Positions 1 through 9,452 are shown, counted from the stretch's first letter. The stretch: 64,000 bases of DNA from Candidatus Aenigmatarchaeota archaeon (GCA_016432325.1 CP066684.1:800001-864000), one strand, 5' to 3'. Numbers and translations: made by a program. Notes: generated by a model not told the origin, from the letters alone.

Positions 1-751
1 CTGTCTGGTTGGACCATCCCATGGCGAACTCGAGCCTCGACGCCTGCGACGGGCCTACGACAACCCATCCCCGCGCCTGGGCCGGATGCGTGTTGGTTGT
101 GATGTTTGACGGATTTGCCCACGCCTCGACGGTGAAGCGGTCGAATGTGCCGAGCTTGATTGTCATGTTGACGCCGTCTACAGGCGCGCCGTCTGTGTTC
201 GTGAAACGGAGGGCCGAGCCGAACTTGCCGGTCGTCCGATTAGGAGAGCCGATGAGAGCGCCGTCGCGGCCGTTGCCGCTCGAGTCGCGCACGACAGTTC
301 CGGAACCTTCCTCGAATCTGAGGTCCTGATAGGCGCCGTCTGCCGTGTCGAGTTCGATGTTTACGGAATCCGAGAAAGACGGACCCGCTATCCTGAGGAC
401 GTGTTCCCCGCGGCCGCCCGCCCATAAACCTTTCACTGTTATTCTGCCTGTCGAACCCTCTGCGATATCTCCGGGCATCGAGTAGTTCAGAATGGTGCCG
501 TCGATTGACACGGCCAGAGAATCTTTCTTGATGGATTGTACTCCTATGTTTCTCACAATGGCGTCTTGCTTTTCAACGCCATCTATCTTGAACGACGTGC
601 CGAGCGCGCCGACCAGCTCCTGCGAACTCCTCTGCCCGGCTTCCGTTTGCGTTCCTGAAAGACGGCCGGTGAAGACCGTATACGCTCCGGCGAGCGAGAG
701 GACTATGAGAACGAGAATTATCGAGGCAATTACAGGCGATATCCCCTTCAT
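1..751 (-). CDS. Pilin/archaellin-like N-terminus + LamG-like domain surface protein (runs off window start)
   Basis: Hand translation from ATG 751: MKGISPVIASIILVLIV (class III signal peptide), later FEEGSGTVVRDSSGNG...GKFGSAL...FTVEAW (LamG motifs). Start overlaps the carS stop. Not in the ORF track because it is truncated. Confidence 0.85.
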   Translation of the reverse strand, partial: MKGISPVIASIILVLIVLSLAGAYTVFTGRLSGTQTEAGQRSSQELVGALGTSFKIDGVEKQDAIVRNIGVQSIKKDSLAVSIDGTILNYSMPGDIAEGSTGRITVKGLWAGGRGEHVLRIAGPSFSDSVNIELDTADGAYQDLRFEEGSGTVVRDSSGNGRDGALIGSPNRTTGKFGSALRFTNTDGAPVDGVNMTIKLGTFDRFTVEAWANPSNITTNTHPAQARGWVVVGPSQASRLEFAMGWSNQT

Positions 752-1287
752 CACCACGGCACCTTCTTCGCCCCTATCTTGTAGCCGATTAGGTTCGCCA
801 TCAGGTGTATTAGAGGCGTGAACGCGACTATCAAAACCATCGGCACGAAGCGCAGTTCCACGAACGCGTACGAGAGGGCGAACGCGCCCACGACGAAATC
901 AAGCTGGTCCAACAGCGGCACGGGCTCGCCGCGCGGGACGCCCCATCGTCTTTTCATGAATGACCCCACGAGGTCTCCTATCATGGCTCCCGTCGAAATG
1001 AGGAAAACGGAGAGCGGGCCCAGTTGCGGAAGCGCAACGCTTTTCGTCGCCGCGTACGCCGTCAGACCGGGCTGGTAGTATATCTCTATGAAGCCGACAG
1101 CCGTGCCTATGAAGATTCCGAAGAGCGTGCCCTTCCATGTCTTGCCGCTGCCAAAGACTTGCCGCCCCCCGACCTTCGCTCCCATGTCCAAAGGCGTGCG
1201 CCCGCCTGCGAGAGGCGCGAAGGCGTTGGCGAAGTACGCGGGCAGGATGACCCACAGTCCGATTAGCAGGTCTACGGTTAGGGACAT
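751..1287 (-). CDS. carS: CDP-archaeol synthase
   Basis: PAYFANAFA, PLD.G, GSGKTWKG, GDLVGSFMKRR, LDQLDF motifs. Confidence 0.9.
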   Translation of the reverse strand: MSLTVDLLIGLWVILPAYFANAFAPLAGGRTPLDMGAKVGGRQVFGSGKTWKGTLFGIFIGTAVGFIEIYYQPGLTAYAATKSVALPQLGPLSVFLISTGAMIGDLVGSFMKRRWGVPRGEPVPLLDQLDFVVGAFALSYAFVELRFVPMVLIVAFTPLIHLMANLIGYKIGAKKVPW

Positions 1288-1339
1288 GGAACAAGACGAA
1301 CGAATGTGTTATAAATAGATTGTCCGTCAGGAAAGATCG

Positions 1340-1810
1340 ATGACAAAGCCGCGGCTTACGATTAGGAATCAGTGGGACGGTGTAGGGATTCTCACCTGCG
1401 GAGGAAGGGCCGTCGAGGCGTCCCCTGTGGGATTGCCGGTCGAACAGACCATGGGTGAGATGGGGCGTCACAAGGGCGACGCCTATCTTGTCATCGGTCT
1501 CGGCCCTGTGCAAAACCGGTCCCGCGGGAACACGTACATTGTTCAGTATTTCGACGTTCCCAATGTGGAAGAGCTTCCTGTGACAAAAGGGGAACATGGA
1601 GTGCTAATGGCCAGTCTCAGGGAGCTCTGCGTTCCTTACTGCGGCATGTCCGGGCTTCGTGGACCGCGCACGCAGAGGACCATCGACAGAATGAGAGCCG
1701 GAAGGTCAAGAGACGTTGCCGTGGCAAAGCACAAAGAGTTGCGCCGCCTCATCACAGACGTGCACGGCACATCGCGCGGCCGATGGGACTACTTCGGTTA
1801 TAGGCTGTAG
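1340..1810 (+). CDS. hypothetical protein
   Basis: 156-aa ORF after an AT-rich TATA-like box; no recognised motif. Confidence 0.55.
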   Translation: MTKPRLTIRNQWDGVGILTCGGRAVEASPVGLPVEQTMGEMGRHKGDAYLVIGLGPVQNRSRGNTYIVQYFDVPNVEELPVTKGEHGVLMASLRELCVPYCGMSGLRGPRTQRTIDRMRAGRSRDVAVAKHKELRRLITDVHGTSRGRWDYFGYRL

Positions 1811-1827
1811 CTTTTTGGGAATTCGTC

Positions 1828-2112
1828 TCACTCTTTTTCCAGATCATTGAGATTTTTCAGGACCTCGTTTCTATCAGACTCGTCTACGAACATAGCCACA
1901 AGCTCTCTGGCAGATTCGAAATCGCGTTTAATTGTTTCTATGAACGCATCGTACACCGCCTTGTAGCCGCGGCTTCCTGCTATCTGTCTATCGAAAATGA
2001 AGCCGCACCTGAGCCACAGTTCGTCTATCTTCTCGGGAGGCAACTTCATTATTCTTTTCGTTAATTCGTCTATTTCGTCGTTCGTGAAGCTGCTGGGTCC
2101 CATTTTCCTCAT
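1828..2112 (-). CDS. hypothetical protein
   Basis: Start moved to ATG 2112 because the upstream part of the called ORF lies inside tRNA-Arg. Confidence 0.55.
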   Translation of the reverse strand: MRKMGPSSFTNDEIDELTKRIMKLPPEKIDELWLRCGFIFDRQIAGSRGYKAVYDAFIETIKRDFESARELVAMFVDESDRNEVLKNLNDLEKE

Positions 2113-2143
2113 GCAACCGTCTCTTATATTTCGAATGTTGTTA

Positions 2144-2379
2144 TGGCGCCCCCGGTGGGAATTGCGTTCGGCCTTTCGAAGAGTGGCCGGAGTGCAGACA
2201 CGGGTGTCTGCTTTCGAACCCACGACCCCAAGGTGTCTGCCTTTGCAGAAATCTGCAAAAACCGCAACCTTGTGCTCCATATGCTCAAGTCCGCAAAGGG
2301 ACTTTTCGTGAACGTTTTTGCGCGTTTAGCCTATGCGCATTGGCGCAAAAAGGTTCTTTCCAAGCTGAGCCACGGGGGC
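2144..2379 (-). tRNA. tRNA-Arg(GCG) with three introns: D-loop (~2278-2356, ~79 nt, junction uncertain), canonical 37/38 (2235-2261, 27 nt), T-loop 59/60 (2161-2212, 52 nt)
   Basis: Acceptor GCCCCCG/CGGGGGC, encoded CCA, anticodon stem CAAGG/CCTTG, T stem GTGGG/CCCAC. Canonical BHB helix TTGC/GCAG. Mature length ~78 nt. Confidence 0.9.
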
Positions 2380-2458
2380 TTTGTGCCGTTTAAATACCTT
2401 TCTCGGTCTACTAGACTTCCGCAACAACTATATAAAACGTCAAACGAAGTGGATCCGC

Positions 2459-2635
2459 ATGCAATCAACCGCGCAAGATACAATGTGCACAACCTGTGGC
2501 AAGAGCGTCTTCGGAGCGTCGCAGAGCGTCCGCTTCCTGTGCCCGCGCTGCGGAGCCGCAGAGATCGTGCGCTGCAAGGACTGCCGCGTGCTCAAGAACA
2601 AGTACGCGTGCGGTTGCGGATTCACAGGACCATGA
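2459..2635 (+). CDS. small zinc-ribbon protein (HVO_2753/DUF1610-like)
   Basis: CTTC...FLCPRCG...RCKDCR...YACGCGFTGP. Confidence 0.85.
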   Translation: MQSTAQDTMCTTCGKSVFGASQSVRFLCPRCGAAEIVRCKDCRVLKNKYACGCGFTGP

Positions 2636-2707
2636 GGGACCAGTAAATGCATGAAACTGCGGTTTCATATTTACTGCTCAGAAGCGTAAAGAGGGACAAG
2701 TAAATGC
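2634..2707 (+). repeat. hairpin element (ATGAAAC-TGCG-GTTTCAT core) between 17-bp direct repeats of the rps12 RBS/start
   Basis: GAGGGACCAGTAAATGC (2634) and GAGGGACAAGTAAATGC (2691); stem CAGTAAAT/ATTTACTG. Confidence 0.8.
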
Positions 2708-3129
2708 CGGGAATGTTCGCTGCAAGGAAGCTCAAGAATCGAAGGCAACACCTGAGATGGAAGGAGGTAAAGTACAGGACGCGCACCCTGAAACTCAAGG
2801 AGAAGAAAGACCCGTTGGAAGGCGCCCCTCAGGCCCGCGGAATCGTGCTGGAAAAGCGCACGATTGAACAGAAGCAACCTTCTTCAGGACTTGCGAAAGC
2901 CGTACGCATTCAGCTCATCAAGAACAACAAGCAGATAACCGCGTTCCTGCCGAGAGACGGCGCGGTGAAGCACGTGGACGAGCACGACATCGTTCACGTT
3001 CAGGGACTGCACGGCTCGCAGGGCGGCGCCAAAGGCTCCCTGTGGGGCGTGAAGTGGGCCGTCTTCAAGGTCAACGACATAGCGCTCGAACAACTCAGAA
3101 CCGGCAAGAAACAGAAGCCGAGCAGGTAG
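2704..3129 (+). CDS. rps12: 30S ribosomal protein uS12
   Basis: PLEGAPQARGIVLEK, KQPSS, QITAFLP. Confidence 0.97.
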   Translation: MPGMFAARKLKNRRQHLRWKEVKYRTRTLKLKEKKDPLEGAPQARGIVLEKRTIEQKQPSSGLAKAVRIQLIKNNKQITAFLPRDGAVKHVDEHDIVHVQGLHGSQGGAKGSLWGVKWAVFKVNDIALEQLRTGKKQKPSR

Positions 3130-3137
3130 GCGACACT

Positions 3138-3734
3138 ATGGACATGAAATTCTTCAACAAGTGGCCGGGAAACGTGGAAACGAAGGACCTCGGGCTCGCG
3201 ACATACATGAACACTAAGCCAACGCTCGTCCCGAGAAAATCCCACGGTCGCCATGCCCAGCACCAGTTCTACAAGAGCGACGTGTCGATAGTCGAACGCC
3301 TCATGAACCACATGTTCACTCCGGGCCACCGCGGCAAGCGCCACAAGTACACGTCGGGCCAGTGCTCGGGCAACTCTTTCACCAACTACGAGAACGTCAA
3401 GAGCGCCTTCGGGATCATAGAGCAGAAGACAGGAAAGAATCCCCTTGAGATTTTGGTGAAGGCGATAGAGAACGCCGCTCTCCGCGAGGAGGTCTCTTCT
3501 TATCAGATCGGCTCCATGATAGCGCGAAAAGCCGTCATCACGTCGCCTCAGAGGCGCATCGACCTTGCGATGAGATTCATGGCGCAGGGCGCGTACAGTC
3601 GCACGCACGGCTCCAAGAAGGCGATTGCGCAGACGCTCGCCGACGAGATAATAGCCGCGTCCAACAACTCGAAAGACTCGTACGCGATACAAGAGCGCGA
3701 CCGCCTCGAACGCGAAGCAGAAGGGGCGCGCTAA
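3138..3734 (+). CDS. rps7: 30S ribosomal protein uS7
   Basis: SIVERL, NPLEILVKAIEN, SPQRRIDLA, EREAEGAR; start set at ATG 3138. Confidence 0.95.
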   Translation: MDMKFFNKWPGNVETKDLGLATYMNTKPTLVPRKSHGRHAQHQFYKSDVSIVERLMNHMFTPGHRGKRHKYTSGQCSGNSFTNYENVKSAFGIIEQKTGKNPLEILVKAIENAALREEVSSYQIGSMIARKAVITSPQRRIDLAMRFMAQGAYSRTHGSKKAIAQTLADEIIAASNNSKDSYAIQERDRLEREAEGAR

Positions 3735-3770
3735 ACGCATTTTATAAGCCAGCCCGACGCAACCTTCCTC

Positions 3771-4388
3771 ATGTCTCTCCGCGACTACGAGAAGATCGAG
3801 CAGAAGATAACGAAGGAGGAGTTGCGAGAGCTGCATAAAATTTGGGGACTCACGCACAAGGACTTCACTGAAATCTTTGCGGCCGAAACCCTCGCGCTGA
3901 CGGGCAGTGTTTTGACAGGAGTTGTCTTGGCGATCTTCCTCAACAGACTCGAACTGGTACCGGCCTTCTTCATCGCTCTGCCCGGCTTCCTAGAGATGCG
4001 CGGCGCTGTCGGAGGCTCCCTCTCCGCGCGCCTCAGTTCCGCGATGTTCGTCGGTCATCTCAAACCAACGATCAGAAACAACCACATTCTCAGAGGCAAC
4101 GTGTTCGCGACGTTCGTTCTGACAATTGTCGGCGCCCTCTTCCTCGGGCTCGTTGCTTACTTCATCGAACTCGCGCTCTTCGGCATAGCGTTCCCGCAAA
4201 TCATAACCATCCTGCTGCTGGCGAGCGTCATCTCGAACCTCATAGAGATTCCGCTCACCGTCGCGACGACATTCGCTCTCTTCAAGCGCGACGTTGACCC
4301 GAACAACGTGATGGGCCCGTACGTCACCACCCAGGCCGACGTAGTAAGCGTGGCGAGCGTGCTGATTGCAATAGTGTTGATATTATGA
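3771..4388 (+). CDS. MgtE-family integral membrane domain protein
   Basis: GAVGGSLSARLSS, DPNNVMGPYVTTQAD. Confidence 0.85.
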   Translation: MSLRDYEKIEQKITKEELRELHKIWGLTHKDFTEIFAAETLALTGSVLTGVVLAIFLNRLELVPAFFIALPGFLEMRGAVGGSLSARLSSAMFVGHLKPTIRNNHILRGNVFATFVLTIVGALFLGLVAYFIELALFGIAFPQIITILLLASVISNLIEIPLTVATTFALFKRDVDPNNVMGPYVTTQADVVSVASVLIAIVLIL

Positions 4389-5071
4389 GAAACCTGTTCA
4401 AGAGTCTGGCGAAGAAACCGAGGAGACGCTACCACCCTCTCCAGCATAAGATAAAGGAGAAACACGGGCTCTCTAAACGCACGGTCTTTTTCATGAAGGA
4501 GTACGGTCCGCACTCGCACGTTATGACGAACATACTCCGCGAGAGCGTTCCGATAGTGCTCCTGAGCGCGATCATCAGTTCTCTTGGAGGCGTTGCATTG
4601 GAAGATATGCGCAGCCAGTTTGCGATGGTGCTGCCTCTCATAATGATTGTTCCTGCCCTCAACCACATGGTAGGCAGCTTCGGCACCATCGTCGCCTCCA
4701 GATTCACGACAGCGCTCTTCCAAGGCAAGATTCGCGAAAGGTGGTGGAAGATACACTTCCTGCACAGGCTCTTCTGGATGATGTTCGCGATAGCCGTTGT
4801 CTCCGCAGTTTACGTTGCGTCCCTGGCCGCGATAGCCTCTCTGCTGCTCGGCAGCCCGATAGACGTCGCCGTCTACGAGAAACTCATAATGACTACAATG
4901 GCCTCGGCTGTCTTGCTGACCGGCCTGATATTCAACATTTCCGTCGTCGGCGGCCTCTGGATATACAAACGCGGCGAGGACCCGAATAACTTCCTGATTC
5001 CCATCACGACCGCGCTCGCGGACTTCGGTTCTCTCATCGTTTTTGCTTATCTCGTGACGGTCTTTTTCTGA
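4385..5071 (+). CDS. MgtE-family integral membrane domain protein
   Basis: GSFGTIVASRFTT, DPNNFLIPITTALAD. Confidence 0.85.
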   Translation: MRNLFKSLAKKPRRRYHPLQHKIKEKHGLSKRTVFFMKEYGPHSHVMTNILRESVPIVLLSAIISSLGGVALEDMRSQFAMVLPLIMIVPALNHMVGSFGTIVASRFTTALFQGKIRERWWKIHFLHRLFWMMFAIAVVSAVYVASLAAIASLLLGSPIDVAVYEKLIMTTMASAVLLTGLIFNISVVGGLWIYKRGEDPNNFLIPITTALADFGSLIVFAYLVTVFF

Positions 5072-5123
5072 GCGACAAACGTTTAGCAGAAGGTTTAAAT
5101 TCGTTGGCATCGCAATACAACAG

Positions 5124-5357
5124 ATGGGCGCGTCACATGCGTTGGACGGGATTCCAGAACGGATAGCAGATTTGCAGTCTGGCCTGAGGACCACGAAACC
5201 GGACCATCCGCTCCTCGGACTGGTCTACGTACATGAGTCGGGCATCGGCTTTACCAAAGCGTTCCTGAAGCGCTATAGCGGCGACGCGGTGACGCAAGGC
5301 CTGCCGCAGTACGTGGCGGATCTGGAGAGGGCCGTCGACGCCCTGCCAGTATCTTAA
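5124..5357 (+). CDS. hypothetical protein
   Basis: 77-aa ORF downstream of a TTTAAA box. Confidence 0.5.
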   Translation: MGASHALDGIPERIADLQSGLRTTKPDHPLLGLVYVHESGIGFTKAFLKRYSGDAVTQGLPQYVADLERAVDALPVS

Positions 5358-5390
5358 CGAGCATTTAATCCTTTGCGCGCAAAGCGCAGT

Positions 5391-5621
5391 ATGCCGATAA
5401 TCGTATCCATCACGCCAGAAGCTCTGGAAACAGGCCACTACACCCATGGAGGCAAGCTCGCCAAGGCGTGTCCTATGCACCCGTACGTGATGGCCGGCAG
5501 CGAGAGCCTTGCCGTCCCCATAAGCGAAGCGACAGAGCGCAGGGGCCAATCGTACGCCACGAGGTACGTCGGCTCCGTATGCATGACGTGCGGCACGTGG
5601 CTGACGCGTAACGGTCACTGA
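5391..5621 (+). CDS. hypothetical protein, possible Zn-binding (CPMH...CMTC)
   Basis: ORF with paired Cys/His motifs. Confidence 0.5.
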   Translation: MPIIVSITPEALETGHYTHGGKLAKACPMHPYVMAGSESLAVPISEATERRGQSYATRYVGSVCMTCGTWLTRNGH

Positions 5622-5673
5622 CGCGAATAAGGCCTTTTTATACCTTTCCACCAACTCTTTCTGTTGATTTATC

Positions 5674-6411
5674 ATGCCGGTTATTGAAGCTCTTGTCGAA
5701 GGCGGGAAGGCCAGCGCAGCGCCTCCGCTCGGACCGGCTCTCGGCCCGGCAGGCGTGCCCATACCCAAAGTCATAGCGGCGATAAACGAGAAAACGAAGG
5801 ACTTCGTCGGCATGCAGGTTCCGGTAAAAATCATAGTGCGCGATGACAAGTCCTTCGAAATAACCGTCGGAACGCCTCCTGTTTCTGCGATGATTAAGAA
5901 GGAAGCGAAGCTCGAGAAACTCTCGGGCAAGCCGAAGACCGAGCGTCTTGCTGATTTGGCCATCGAACAGGTCATCAAGATAGCCAAGAACAAGCTGGAC
6001 GGACTTAATACCCGCCAGGCCCGCGCCGCGGTGAAGCAGGTAGTGGGCACGTGCGTCTCTTCAGGAATTCTCGTGGAAGGCAAGGATCCGAAAATCGTTC
6101 AGAAGGAAATAGACGCCGGCGCGTACGACGACAAGATTCTCAAATGGAAGACCGAGCTGAGCACAGAAGAGCTCAAGAGGCTCGACGAGGAGAAGAAGAA
6201 GCTCGTCGAGGCCGCGGCGAAACTGCACGCGGAACAGCGCGCCTCGGGAGAAGCGATACTCAAGTCTCTGGAAGGCAGGCCGCGCCACGAAATCGTCGCG
6301 AAGATGGAGGAAGCCAAGCTGCCGACGGACCTCATCAACGAGCTCGTGCCAGCGACGAAGAAAGCCGAAAGCGCCGCGCCTGCCGCTCCGGCCGCGCCGG
6401 CGAAGAAGTAA
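5674..6411 (+). CDS. rpl11: 50S ribosomal protein uL11 with C-terminal extension
   Basis: GGKASAAPPLGPALGP, VGTCVSSGI. Confidence 0.95.
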   Translation: MPVIEALVEGGKASAAPPLGPALGPAGVPIPKVIAAINEKTKDFVGMQVPVKIIVRDDKSFEITVGTPPVSAMIKKEAKLEKLSGKPKTERLADLAIEQVIKIAKNKLDGLNTRQARAAVKQVVGTCVSSGILVEGKDPKIVQKEIDAGAYDDKILKWKTELSTEELKRLDEEKKKLVEAAAKLHAEQRASGEAILKSLEGRPRHEIVAKMEEAKLPTDLINELVPATKKAESAAPAAPAAPAKK

Positions 6412-6420
6412 TCTCTTGGC

Positions 6421-7866
6421 CTACGAACTTTCTGGGGTGTTCCACACATCGACTCCTGACTTACCGGTCTCTCTGCTGGCGCGCCCCGCTTTGGACAGCT
6501 TGTCGAGCGTGGCCATCGCCCGCTGGCGGGAAAGTCCGAGTTCGTTGGCATAGAACCAAATAGGTTTTCCGGGATGCTTCTGCAACGCGATTTCCATCGA
6601 GTCGAGGGCTGTCGGTGCGATGCTGAGTCTCCAACGATAGTCCTTGCTTTGCGGCACGCTCTCCTTCTCCTCAACGGTCGCATTGCCGTTCTGCATGTAT
6701 AACGCGGCGGCGCCGAGAATCCTAGACACGCCGGAAGCATGGACGCCGTGCCTTTCCGCGAGCTCCTTCTGTATCGTCTCCACCTCTCGGATGTCGTTTG
6801 CAGAAAAGTTGATGTCAAGCAACGATCTATCAGACATTCCTATGCATATTCCGTTGTATCTGCGCAGAGCCATAGCCGCATGCTTCGCCGAATCCTCCGA
6901 CTGCGCGTCCTTCCAGAAGTCCCTGATGACTTGCATCGGTGAGGTCCCGCCGTCGAACTCCGCCTCAAGGAATCTCTTGATGTCTTTTGGAACCTCTACA
7001 GAGAACGAAACCCTCTTCTCCATCAGGCGCTGTTCGTCAACGGTTGGCGTCACGTCAGGTGTTGGCGTTGCGTTGGACAGGGACACGCTGACTGCAAGTG
7101 TCTTCTGCGGATTCGGTGCAGGTTCAACCGCAACAGGCGCCGCTTGCTCCTTGCGTCCACCACCCGGCCTCAAGAAAAGACCCGTATACTCTATTTCTCC
7201 CGCGTCGTGCATCTCTCTTAGAAGCGGTTCGCCTGCGCTTGCGGTAAGCCCAATGGCACGCAGCGCCGCAGACGCCATGCCGCCAGGATGCTTCTCTGCA
7301 TAGGATTTTATGGACGCCCTCGCGTCCTTGATGTCCTCAGGATTGTCCGGACGAACGGCGGCGAAGTACTTGAGAATCCTTCCCTCCCTCGTCCTCATCA
7401 GTTCGCCTTTGTTGAACAACGTTCTCAGTTCCATGCCGGTTTTTATCGGATTCACGTTGAGCCTAGCGGCATACGAATATGCGTCTTCCATCGGATGCCT
7501 GCGAACGTCTGCGAGAAGGTTATCCCTGAATTCTATCGAATGCCTCGATCTTTGCTTTACAACCTTTTCCTTGCGCGGTTTGGGATGCCCGTTGCTATTA
7601 CCGGAAAGACCGACAAGCTCGACGCCCGGTCGGATGAAATATCCTCGTCCAGAGTCGTCGCCTCCGTCCTTGTATCCGAGGATGCCGTCCCTTTTCAGGT
7701 GGTTCAGAGCGAACGTTGTTCCCCTGAACGGCGTGCCCAAGTCCTTCGATACCTGACCGGCAAAAACCACTCTGCCCTCTTCAAAATACTCGAGAATCTT
7801 TCGCGAGAGAGAACTGTATCTTGAGATATCAAAGATTCTTTTTGTGCCGTTGCCGTTTTCTGACAC
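6421..7866 (-). CDS. hypothetical protein with several winged-helix-like segments
   Basis: 481-aa ORF with repeated HTH-like patterns (e.g. YANELGLSRQRAMATLDKLSKAG). Confidence 0.6.
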   Translation of the reverse strand: MSENGNGTKRIFDISRYSSLSRKILEYFEEGRVVFAGQVSKDLGTPFRGTTFALNHLKRDGILGYKDGGDDSGRGYFIRPGVELVGLSGNSNGHPKPRKEKVVKQRSRHSIEFRDNLLADVRRHPMEDAYSYAARLNVNPIKTGMELRTLFNKGELMRTREGRILKYFAAVRPDNPEDIKDARASIKSYAEKHPGGMASAALRAIGLTASAGEPLLREMHDAGEIEYTGLFLRPGGGRKEQAAPVAVEPAPNPQKTLAVSVSLSNATPTPDVTPTVDEQRLMEKRVSFSVEVPKDIKRFLEAEFDGGTSPMQVIRDFWKDAQSEDSAKHAAMALRRYNGICIGMSDRSLLDINFSANDIREVETIQKELAERHGVHASGVSRILGAAALYMQNGNATVEEKESVPQSKDYRWRLSIAPTALDSMEIALQKHPGKPIWFYANELGLSRQRAMATLDKLSKAGRASRETGKSGVDVWNTPESS

Positions 7867-7957
7867 CCTAACCCCGTTTTCAATTGAAGGCAGTTTTATT
7901 TATACGTTCAGTCTCGGCGCGTACGCGCACTTCGTCTCTTGTCGTTGCACTCTATAT

Positions 7958-8428
7958 ATGGAACGCACGAAAATATTATTTCCGATGCAAGGACACCGCG
8001 CCGCGCCAGAGCCTCTTGTAGAGACGCTTTCAGGAGTCTATTCAGGCCACGTCGCAGAGGTCGTTACAGCCCTTGCGCCTGCCACAATCGGCGTCAACGC
8101 TCAGGCAATGGAGGCCACGAGACTCTTCCCGGAACAGCAAGTCTTTGTCACGATAGTCCCGCCGCGCGGCGTGCCGCGTTCCCTCATCTACAAGGCCCAG
8201 TACGCTGTGCAACCGATACTCGTGCCTGAGAAGCTTCTGACAGAGGAGGACAGGAAACTGCTGCAACTCTACGCGCTGTCCTACGGCTACGGCGTCCTTC
8301 TGCCGAGCGATCCGGTTTTTGGGCGCGTCAAGAACGGCGACGAAGTGATAATCAACACGCATGTCGACGAGGCGGCTTGGGGCGTGGCGCGCGTGCTGAA
8401 GGACCATTTCAAGAACCCGTGGACCTGA
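7958..8428 (+). CDS. hypothetical protein
   Basis: ORF, probable start ATG 7958. Confidence 0.55.
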   Translation: MERTKILFPMQGHRAAPEPLVETLSGVYSGHVAEVVTALAPATIGVNAQAMEATRLFPEQQVFVTIVPPRGVPRSLIYKAQYAVQPILVPEKLLTEEDRKLLQLYALSYGYGVLLPSDPVFGRVKNGDEVIINTHVDEAAWGVARVLKDHFKNPWT

Positions 8429-9452
8429 CCGTAGTTCCGTCCAGCTCGAGCCTCTTTCCAAGGAACGCTTCGATGACCACGATGTTCGTGCGCACGTGAT
8501 TCGTGACTTCTTGCAGATGTGCCTGACCGCCGGACAAGGCGAGGAACGGGAGAATCATGTCAGAGGTCTGCCTGTCCGTTATGCATCCCGAGTCCATCGC
8601 TTTCAGAAGCTTTTCCGCGGCGCTCTTGCCCACGTCTTCTGCGCTCACGCTTTTTTCGCCAATCGCGTCCCCGCCGAGGACAGTGTGCTCGTACTCTGCG
8701 TAACAAACGACACCGGAGCCCGGGTTGTCTGATAGTTCGTACGAAACCTCGACTGTCGTGTCACGGCCTAGCGGTTTGAGCGCCTGTGCGGCTGCCGCGG
8801 CCTGCCTCTCCGCGACGCGCGCCCGCTTCAGTTCTGTCGAGGCCACGGAATAGACGTGTACTCCACGAATGAAACCGCGGTCTGTGAACGAGACGGGTTT
8901 CCCGCGAGACATCGCCAAGAGCGGCGACGCGCCTTCCGGGGGATGCAGGACGAACGTCACGTCCGCGCCTCCCTTCGGATAAAAGCCTTCGCGTTTGACA
9001 TCGAACTCTGTCCTGTAGCCGAACCGCTTGACAACAGGCAGGAAGACCCGCGTTATGTAATCCACGGGCGGGGCCCACTTGCCGTACGTCGCTCCGCCGC
9101 GGACGTGCACGTGTAACGGTTCTTTCAAAACGTACGGAACCAGCTGCAGTGTTTGGAATACGAGACCGACAGAACCGGCTGTCCCTATCTCAACATCCAG
9201 CGCGTCGCGCGTTATCTTTTCCGGAGCGAACGTCACTTCTGTGCTTCCAAGTTTTGCGCCAGTAACTTCCGCGTCGCACAGTAGCGCTATGGCTTTGAGC
9301 GCCTCGAGGTGCTGCGTCTTGAGTCCGCCCACTTCGCGGCCGCCTCTGATGTTCGTCAGCCTGAACGGCGTCTTCGTTACGACCGACAGTCCTAACGCAG
9401 TACGGAGAATCTGCCCGCCGCCGGAAGAGCCGTCGAGTGAGATCATATACAA
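8409..9452 (-). CDS. rtcA: RNA 3'-terminal phosphate cyclase
   Basis: GGGQILRTAL, GLKTQH, TAGSVGL, GFYPKGG, TNHVRTN. Confidence 0.95.
   Translation of the reverse strand: MYMISLDGSSGGGQILRTALGLSVVTKTPFRLTNIRGGREVGGLKTQHLEALKAIALLCDAEVTGAKLGSTEVTFAPEKITRDALDVEIGTAGSVGLVFQTLQLVPYVLKEPLHVHVRGGATYGKWAPPVDYITRVFLPVVKRFGYRTEFDVKREGFYPKGGADVTFVLHPPEGASPLLAMSRGKPVSFTDRGFIRGVHVYSVASTELKRARVAERQAAAAAQALKPLGRDTTVEVSYELSDNPGSGVVCYAEYEHTVLGGDAIGEKSVSAEDVGKSAAEKLLKAMDSGCITDRQTSDMILPFLALSGGQAHLQEVTNHVRTNIVVIEAFLGKRLELDGTTVRSTGS

Noticed and set aside
1997-2646. ORFs 1997-2311, 2143-2646 and the N-terminal part of 1828-2280
   Set aside because: They overlap the intron-containing tRNA-Arg; no protein motifs.
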